Part shown: positions 55,358 through 64,000 of the stretch, in pieces
How positions within the stretch are numbered: position 1 is the stretch's first letter
Layout of the letters: each line of letters begins with the position of its first letter
The notes under the pieces: model-generated
Seen by the model: only the letters and a program-made list of their open reading frames with translations
The model's database searches: none
Told to the model about the DNA's origin: nothing
Source of the DNA: Candidatus Saccharimonadia bacterium
GTDB lineage: Bacteria > Patescibacteriota > SICC01
Direction of reading: 5' to 3'
Assembly: GCA_025449535.1 (NCBI GenBank)
Contig: JANWJF010000001.1
Span: 4,279 to 68,278, forward strand
DNA: 64,000 bases
Translations under genes and position numbers: made by a program

Positions 55358-55825
55358 ATGGCAGAGCAGAACACCTATCTCACGACGGCCGGACTCGACA
55401 AGCTGAAGGCCGAGCTGAAGGGACTCAAGGAAGAGCGCCGTCCCGCCGTGATCGCGCGGATCAAGGAAGCGGTGGCCTACGGCGACCTCTCCGAGAATTC
55501 CGAGTACGAGGACTCCAAGAACGAGCAGGCGCTGGTGGAAGGCCGAATCGCCGAGCTGGAACGGCTACTCGAGAACCCCCAGATCGTGAAGCCGGGCAAG
55601 AGCAGCAACGGGGAAGTGGCGCTCGGATCGAAGGTGACCGTGAAGCACGGCGGCAGCTCCACGTCCTACACGATCGTCGGACCGGCGGAAGCCGACCCGG
55701 CCGGCGGCCTGATCTCGAACGAATCGCCGATCGGCCAGGCGTTGCTCGGCAAAGGCAAGGGCGACGAGGCCGTGGTCGAGACGCCCAAGGGCAACGTCAA
55801 GTACACGATCGTCTCCCTGAGCTAG
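55358..55825 (+). CDS. greA: transcription elongation factor GreA
   Basis: 'TTAGLDKLKAELKGLKE..IARIKEAVAYGDLSENSEYE'. Confidence 0.85.
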   Translation: MAEQNTYLTTAGLDKLKAELKGLKEERRPAVIARIKEAVAYGDLSENSEYEDSKNEQALVEGRIAELERLLENPQIVKPGKSSNGEVALGSKVTVKHGGSSTSYTIVGPAEADPAGGLISNESPIGQALLGKGKGDEAVVETPKGNVKYTIVSLS

Positions 55826-55876
55826 GCTGCCATTCCGGGCCAGGCGCGGTACCCTGGAGATGACGGGTTTTTAGCC

Positions 55877-57505
55877 ATGGCAACGAAAAAAGCACAATCG
55901 GAAGACAACCTGCACTGGGCGGAGGCAATCGCCGAGGAAGTGCTGGGCGAGTTTCCGGACGAGCAGGAATACGTCTGCGCGGCGGGCATCAGCCCGTCCG
56001 GCGTGGTGCACTTCGGCAACTTCCGCGAGATCATGACGAACTACCCGGTGGTGCGGGCGCTGCAGCGACGCGGTAAACGGGCAAAGCTCCTGCTCTACTG
56101 GGACGATTACGACCGGCTCCGGAAGGTCCCGGCCGGCATCGATCCGAAGTTCGAGCAGTACGTCGGGATGCCGCTCCTGGCGATCCCGGACCCGCATGGC
56201 AATCAGGACATGACGTACGCCCAACGGTTCCAGCGGCTGTTCGAAGGCGCGATGCGCGAGTTCGGCTTCGATATCGACTACCGCTACAAGGGCGAGCTGT
56301 ACCGTTCCGGCACGTACGACGACGCGATCCGGCAGGCGATCGAAGAGCGCGAACGGATCGCGGAGATCCTGCTGTCGCTGATGTCCGACAAGGCCAAGCG
56401 GGCCCAGCGGATCGACGAGGCGCAGTACAAGAAGGACTACTACCCGGTGACCGTCTACTCCGAGTTCACCGGGAAGGACTTCACGAGGATCACCGGGTTC
56501 GACGGGAAGACGCTCACCTATGAGTGCAAGGAAAGCGGCAAGACCGGCACGGTCGAGCTGGGCACGGATCACAACATCAAGCTCGGGTGGAAGATCGACT
56601 GGGCGATGCATTGGCGGCACGAGAACATCACGTTCGAGCCGGGCGGCGTGGACCACCTCTCGCCGGGCGGGCCGTACGACGCGGCTACCCGGATCGCGCG
56701 TGAGGTGTTCGACCGCATACCACCGGTTACCATCCGGTACGGGTTCGTCGGCCTGCAAGGCGTGGCAGGGAAGATGTCCGGCAGCACGGGCCTGGCCAAG
56801 TCGCCGAACGAGCTGCTCGAGGTCTACACCGAACCGATTCTGAAGTGGCTGTACCTGCGGACCCAGCCGAAGAAGAACTTCTCGCTGGCGTTCGACACGG
56901 AGATCTTCCGACAGTACGACGAGTTCGACCGCGAGGTGGCGGCGTACGCCGCGGGGAAGTTGCCGCGCGCGCGTTCGTTCGCGATCGAGGAAGCGTTCGA
57001 GGACCCAAAGAAGCTGCAAGCGCTCAAGCACCCCGCCTCGTTCCGCCAGCTCGTGAGCTTCGGACAAATCGTCCAGTGGGACGAGGGCAAGGTCTTGGAG
57101 CTGCTGAAGTCCATCGGCGCGGAGTACGACGAGGCGTCCGTGAAGGCGCGGCTCCCGCGCGCCCGGAACTGGCTGGTTGACCACAACCCGGACCAGCTGA
57201 TCGCGCTGCTGGAGAAACCGAACACGGAATACGCTAAGAAAATGTCCGAAAAAGCCCGAAAAAATATCTCGGAGCTTTGTACGAAATTATCGGCACAGGG
57301 CAGAGAATCCATCGAGCAGCTCGAGGAGCTCGTCTACGCGATCCCGAAGGAGCCGCAGGCGTCCGACGACAAGAACAAGCAGGCCCAGCGGGCATTCTTC
57401 AAGGACATGTATCAGCTGCTGATCGGCCAGGACAGAGGACCGCGGTTGGGTACGTTCCTGTGGGCGGTGGAGCGGAAGAAAGTACGTAAGCTCCTGGAAG
57501 TGTAA
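55877..57505 (+). CDS. lysK: class I lysyl-tRNA synthetase
   Basis: 'AGISPSGVVHFGNFREI' HIGH-variant, 'YWDDYDRLRKVP', 'GKMSGSTG' KMSKS-variant. Confidence 0.8.
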   Translation: MATKKAQSEDNLHWAEAIAEEVLGEFPDEQEYVCAAGISPSGVVHFGNFREIMTNYPVVRALQRRGKRAKLLLYWDDYDRLRKVPAGIDPKFEQYVGMPLLAIPDPHGNQDMTYAQRFQRLFEGAMREFGFDIDYRYKGELYRSGTYDDAIRQAIEERERIAEILLSLMSDKAKRAQRIDEAQYKKDYYPVTVYSEFTGKDFTRITGFDGKTLTYECKESGKTGTVELGTDHNIKLGWKIDWAMHWRHENITFEPGGVDHLSPGGPYDAATRIAREVFDRIPPVTIRYGFVGLQGVAGKMSGSTGLAKSPNELLEVYTEPILKWLYLRTQPKKNFSLAFDTEIFRQYDEFDREVAAYAAGKLPRARSFAIEEAFEDPKKLQALKHPASFRQLVSFGQIVQWDEGKVLELLKSIGAEYDEASVKARLPRARNWLVDHNPDQLIALLEKPNTEYAKKMSEKARKNISELCTKLSAQGRESIEQLEELVYAIPKEPQASDDKNKQAQRAFFKDMYQLLIGQDRGPRLGTFLWAVERKKVRKLLEV

Positions 57506-57532
57506 GCCTGGAACCTTGATAATGGGCACGAA

Positions 57533-58831
57533 GTGATCGACATCAAAACCATCAAGGACGAGCCGCAGCGGATCGAGGCCGAGCTGAAGAAGCGCGGCAT
57601 CACGCTCGATGTGAACAAACTGACCAAGCTCGACGGCGAGCGCCGGAAGCTCCAGCAGGAGTTTGACTCGGTGCGCTCGGAACAGAAGCAGGTGAAGACC
57701 GCTATGGACGGCAAGCAGCTCAAGGAAAAGCTGCAAAAGATCGAAAAAAACCTGAAAGAAGCGCAAAAAGCCTTTGAGGAACTTTATTTGCAGCTGCCGA
57801 ACTTCTCGGCCGATGACGTCCCGATCGCCAAGGACGAGTCCGGCAACGAGACGATCCGCGAATCCGGTGACCAAGGCATCGTCGAGGGCGCGAAGCCGCA
57901 CTACGAGATCCCCGGCATCAAGCCGCTGATCGACTTCGAGCGCGGCGCGAAGGTCTCGGGGAATCGATTCTGGTTCCTAAAGGACGCGCTCGTCGACCTG
58001 GAGTTCGCGCTGCTGCGGTACGCGCTCGATTTCTATACCAAGCGCGGATTCACACAGATGCGACCACCTTCATTGGTGCAGCAGCATGCAATGGAAGGCA
58101 CGGGCTTTTTCCCAGCAGAAAAACAGGAAATTTATCTTACTTCTGACGGCTGGATTGAGGAGATGATTGAAAGATGGATAAAAGCTGGGAAGCTAACCCC
58201 TCCTGATATTGAAAGCTACAGAAATAAGCAGCTATCTACGCATTATCTCTCCGGCACCGCCGAAGTCCCGCTGGCCAGCTACCACGCCGGCGAGACGCTG
58301 GACGAACTCCCGATCAAATACGCCGGGTTCGCGCCCGCGTACCGGCGCGAGGCCGGTAGCTACGGGAAGGACACCAAGGGCATCATGCGCGGCCACGAGT
58401 TCGACAAGGTCGAGCTGTTCGTCTTCAGCGACCCGGCCACGTCCTGGGACGTCCACGAGGAGCTGCAGCGGGACGCCGAGGTGTTCTGGAGCTCGCTGGA
58501 GGTGCCGTTCCGGGTGGTAAACATCGCCACCGGCGACCTGGGCGCGCCGAACGCCAAGAAGTACGACATCGAGGCCTGGCTGCCCGGCGCAGACCGCTAC
58601 ATGGAGGTCGGCAGCAACTCCAACGACACGGACTTCCAGGCGCGGCGGCTGAAGGTCAAGCACGGCGGCGCGCTCGTCCACACGCTCAACAACACCGCCG
58701 TAGCCGTGGGACGGGCGATCATCGCGATCGCCGAGAATAAGCAGGACAAGGATGGTAACGTAGAGATACCGGAGGTACTCAGGAAGTACCTTGCTTTCAG
58801 CCGGATCACGGCCGACGGGAGCACGGAATAA
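57533..58831 (+). CDS. serS: seryl-tRNA synthetase
   Basis: N-terminal coiled coil, 'TAEVPLASYH', class II motifs 'GRAIIAIAEN'. Contains AT-rich patches. Confidence 0.85.
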   Translation: MIDIKTIKDEPQRIEAELKKRGITLDVNKLTKLDGERRKLQQEFDSVRSEQKQVKTAMDGKQLKEKLQKIEKNLKEAQKAFEELYLQLPNFSADDVPIAKDESGNETIRESGDQGIVEGAKPHYEIPGIKPLIDFERGAKVSGNRFWFLKDALVDLEFALLRYALDFYTKRGFTQMRPPSLVQQHAMEGTGFFPAEKQEIYLTSDGWIEEMIERWIKAGKLTPPDIESYRNKQLSTHYLSGTAEVPLASYHAGETLDELPIKYAGFAPAYRREAGSYGKDTKGIMRGHEFDKVELFVFSDPATSWDVHEELQRDAEVFWSSLEVPFRVVNIATGDLGAPNAKKYDIEAWLPGADRYMEVGSNSNDTDFQARRLKVKHGGALVHTLNNTAVAVGRAIIAIAENKQDKDGNVEIPEVLRKYLAFSRITADGSTE

Positions 58832-58835
58832 CCAT

Positions 58836-59224
58836 ATGAAACTACAGATCAAGGCAGTCAACCTGGACCTCACCGATTCGGTCCGGACGTACGTCACCGA
58901 GAAGATCGGCGGCCTGGAGCGGTTGGTCCTGAAGCATCACCGCGATTCCGCGATGGCGGACGTGAAACTGATCTTCAAGCCCGCTGACACCAAAGCCACC
59001 AAGGACAAATGCCACGTGACGATCTCGGGGCTCGGCGGGGGAGACGTGATCCACGTCGAGGAAGAAGCCGAGGACATGCACGTGGCGATCGACCGCGCCG
59101 CGCACACGCTTAAGGAGACGATCCGGAGGCACGAGGACAAGCAACGCGACCATATTAACCGGGAAGCACGAGACCTCAAGGAACAGGCGCAGACGTTCGA
59201 CCCCGGGGAAAGCGACGCCCCCTG

Positions 59225-59225
<1 letters not shown>
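58836..59225 (+). CDS. hpf: ribosome hibernation promoting factor
   Basis: 'MKLQIKAVNLDLTDSVRTYVTEKI'. Conserved hpf-secA adjacency. Confidence 0.75.
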
Positions 59226-62140
<2,915 letters not shown>

Positions 62141-62217
62141 TTGTCATCCTGAGGGAGCAACGCGACCGACGGATCTGGTCGCTCGATCAAGGTTCTTCGC
62201 TTCGCTCAGAATGACAA
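62141..62217 (+). repeat. 13-bp imperfect inverted repeat (ttgtcatcctgag / ctcagaatgacaa) enclosing an inner GCGACC/GGTCGC hairpin; no U-run
   Basis: Read directly; lies between the secA stop and the phhB start. Confidence 0.5.
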
Positions 62218-62252
62218 TGGAAATAACTTGAACACGCGCTACAATACCTGCC

Positions 62253-62537
62253 ATGGCAAATACACTGACCGCACAAGAAATCCGCGAGGAACTCGCGCGA
62301 TTGCAGGGTTGGAAACGAGCCGACCAGTCGATCCTGAAAGACGTGGAACTCACGGACTTCGACGCAGCGATGCGGTTCGTCGGTAAGGTGGCCGACATCG
62401 CCGGCCGCGAGGACCATCACCCGGACATCGACATCCGCTGGAACAAGGTCCGGCTGGTCCTGAGCACGCATTCCGCGGGCGGTCTGACCGCCAAGGACTT
62501 CCAGGTCGCCGCCCTGATCGACGACATCGCGACCTGA
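62253..62537 (+). CDS. phhB: pterin-4a-carbinolamine dehydratase
   Basis: 'EDHHPDIDIRWNKVRLVLSTHSAGGLT' PCD signature. TACAAT ends 7 nt before the ATG, so possibly leaderless. Confidence 0.8.
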   Translation: MANTLTAQEIREELARLQGWKRADQSILKDVELTDFDAAMRFVGKVADIAGREDHHPDIDIRWNKVRLVLSTHSAGGLTAKDFQVAALIDDIAT

Positions 62538-62554
62538 CAGGCTAGAATAGAGCC

Positions 62555-63097
62555 ATGACCGACTGGAAGTACTGTCCGCAATGCAGGAAGCCGCTCGAGC
62601 CGAAGCAAGGGCAGACAGGCGAGACGTTTCCGACCTGCCCGGAGGGGCACTTTACGTTCTACGACAGCCCAGACCCCTCGGCCTGCGCGGTCGTCGAACA
62701 GGACGGGAAGTACCTGGTCCTGCGGCGGAATATCGAACCCAATAAGGGAAAGTGGGAGATTCCCGGCGGGTTCATCGATTCAGGAGAGGGAGCCGAAGAA
62801 GCCTTGCTGCGCGAGGCCAGGGAAGAGACGGGCTTGGAAGTGAAAATCGTGCGCTATATCGGAAGTTTTCCGTGCGCGTATGGTGACACAGACCTTATGA
62901 CAGTAAGCGTCGCATACCACGCAGCGGTAACGGGCGGTACGTTTAAGCTTTCAAGGGAAGCGAAAGAGTCCCGATGGGTCGATCTGAACGAGTTCCCCGA
63001 GATGGCGTTCGCATCCGACCAACGGATAGTGGACGCGTTCGTACGGTCACGTAAGAAGCCATCAACGTCGAACGGCCCCGCAATCCTGTGTAGGTAA
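62555..63097 (+). CDS. NUDIX hydrolase with N-terminal zinc ribbon
   Basis: 'CPQCRK..CPEGH', Nudix box 'GGFIDSGEGAEEALLREAREETGLE'. Confidence 0.75.
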   Translation: MTDWKYCPQCRKPLEPKQGQTGETFPTCPEGHFTFYDSPDPSACAVVEQDGKYLVLRRNIEPNKGKWEIPGGFIDSGEGAEEALLREAREETGLEVKIVRYIGSFPCAYGDTDLMTVSVAYHAAVTGGTFKLSREAKESRWVDLNEFPEMAFASDQRIVDAFVRSRKKPSTSNGPAILCR

Positions 63098-63128
63098 GGA
63101 TGTACGGGGCCGGGGGACCTCCTTGGCG

Positions 63129-63293
63129 TTAGACGAGCTCGACATCGGGGAACGTCTCTTTGATGCGTCTTCCGGCCTTGTCCGGGCAGATGCCCATGTC
63201 GACCGGTTTGCCGCGCTGCAGCCGCCGTCGCTTCTTGGCGCTGAGCCGGCTCGGGTCCCGTTCGATGACCGCCTTGTTCGCCTCGCTTGGCAT
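63129..63293 (-). CDS. small basic hypothetical protein (55 aa)
   Basis: High GC3; 'MPSEANKAVIERDPSRLSAKKRRRLQRGKPVDMGICPDKAGRRIKETFPDVELV'. Competes with a plus-strand ORF at 63123..63335. Confidence 0.3.
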   Translation of the reverse strand: MPSEANKAVIERDPSRLSAKKRRRLQRGKPVDMGICPDKAGRRIKETFPDVELV

Positions 63294-63343
63294 GATGCGT
63301 ATGCATCGATGAGCCACGGGTGCTCCTTTCTGTAGAAGGTCCG

Positions 63344-63371
63344 AAACGAAAAAACCACCGCTGTGCGGTGG
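63344..63371 (-). terminator. minus-strand intrinsic terminator/attenuator (CCACCG-cacag-CGGTGG then UUUUUUCGUUU)
   Basis: Functional only on the minus strand, because there is no U-run on the plus strand. Lies upstream of the small minus-strand ORF. Confidence 0.45.
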
Positions 63372-63521
63372 CCGGTGAGTGATGGATCTGCGGATCAACT
63401 ACTCGAAACCACCGCGGAGCGGCTGTCGAGAAGAAGGAGGTTGGTGCAGATGTGGGCCATCAATCCAAAGATACCATACTCGGTTGATACGACGGGTCTC
63501 TGGGCACTAGAATATACGGTT

Positions 63522-64000
63522 ATGAGCCTGACCGTAGAACAGCTGGAAGCCGTCGCTGCCGAAGCGGTGCCGGACATGGAACAGGAGCTCGGCAAGGTCC
63601 GCGGGTTCACGGAAACCGACCCAGAGCTGCGCCTGCGCATCTACGGCGGCTGCACTATCGCCTCGGAAACGTTCCGGCAGCTCCTGACCGCCGAAGGGGC
63701 GGGTGGCGGCCTGATGCGCCGCGACTTGCCCGAACCGCTCCACGGCGAACACGTGCTCCTGACGGTCGACACCGATGACGGGTTGGCGGTACTGGACGGC
63801 ACGTACGCCCAGTTACTCGAACCGTTCGGACCGTCCTGGCGGGAGGCTACGGAAGGCGTGCCGGTGACGTTCCCGGACGCGCGGGTACTCGCCTTCCGGG
63901 ACGGGGAACAGGAATCGGTCGCGGAATGGGCGGTGGAGGTCGCGGCGATGCACGATCCGCATGTCGACCGCGCGGCCGCGTACGACTTCTTCCGCGGTAT
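63522..64000 (+). CDS. hypothetical protein, 3'-truncated by window end
   Basis: ATG at 63522, open to the window end, strongly GC3-rich. Not in the ORF track, presumably because no stop lies within the window. Confidence 0.5.
   Translation, partial: MSLTVEQLEAVAAEAVPDMEQELGKVRGFTETDPELRLRIYGGCTIASETFRQLLTAEGAGGGLMRRDLPEPLHGEHVLLTVDTDDGLAVLDGTYAQLLEPFGPSWREATEGVPVTFPDARVLAFRDGEQESVAEWAVEVAAMHDPHVDRAAAYDFFRG

Noticed and set aside
55826-55876. Possible terminator after greA (CCAGG..CCTGG then GGGTTTTT)
   Set aside because: Only a 5-bp stem and the U-run is displaced by about 10 nt. Too weak to call.
62144-62398. 84-aa minus-strand ORF across the secA/phhB spacer
   Set aside because: Spans the inverted-repeat element and is antisense to phhB; spurious.
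63123-63335. 70-aa plus-strand ORF overlapping the small minus-strand ORF
   Set aside because: No supporting signals and it is the complementary frame of a GC3-rich minus ORF. Neither is certain; the minus one was kept at low confidence.
63395-63752. Minus-strand ORFs 63395-63640 and 63507-63752
   Set aside because: Ser/Arg-rich antisense frames of the GC3-rich plus-strand gene starting at 63522.

Overview
High-GC (about 65%) bacterial chromosome segment, densely packed with housekeeping genes on both strands. Many adjacent genes overlap by 1-8 nt at start/stop (TGATG, ATGA, GTGA), implying translational coupling.

Recognisable content:
- rpsA-infB-rbfA-DHH phosphoesterase, def-fmt, a PriA-like gene, a mannose-1-P guanylyltransferase, secDF, recJ-rel, hisS, HIT, rpsU, yqeY, a 7TM-HD phosphohydrolase, ybeY, dgkA.
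- ftsA-ftsZ, nrdR-nrdJ (class II RNR), yggT, an MscS-like channel, ileS, a SEDS protein, rplU, parAB, lepB, an LCP protein, htrA.
- prmC-prfA-rpmE, rpsB-tsf-frr-uppS-rseP-proS-proB, mreBCD-mrdA-folD, greA, a class I LysRS, serS, hpf-secA, a pterin dehydratase and a NUDIX hydrolase.
- No rRNA, tRNA or CRISPR array was recognised.

Class I LysRS, archaeal-type short ProRS, class II RNR and unusually short IF-2, Rel and EF-Ts suggest a streamlined lineage, possibly CPR/Patescibacteria-like. This cannot be confirmed without searches.

The main non-housekeeping signal is a roughly 4.4 kb low-GC island (about 45.74-50.15 kb) immediately after proS:
- It carries a lone proB, two polytopic membrane transporters, an ORFan and a bidirectional terminator.
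- About 90 bp of the proS 3' end is duplicated inside it, differing only at synonymous positions. This looks like a footprint of site-specific integration into the proS 3' end.

Other oddities:
- Sharply AT-rich, codon-aberrant patches embedded in lysK and serS (mosaic genes).
- A PriA-like protein lacking a Walker A motif.
- An S1 protein with a C-terminal helix-hairpin-helix (HhH) tail.
- A 603-codon open frame downstream of nrdJ that cannot be one gene, because yggT and mscS sit in another frame inside it.

Many long antisense or alternative-frame ORFs in the supplied track are high-GC artefacts.
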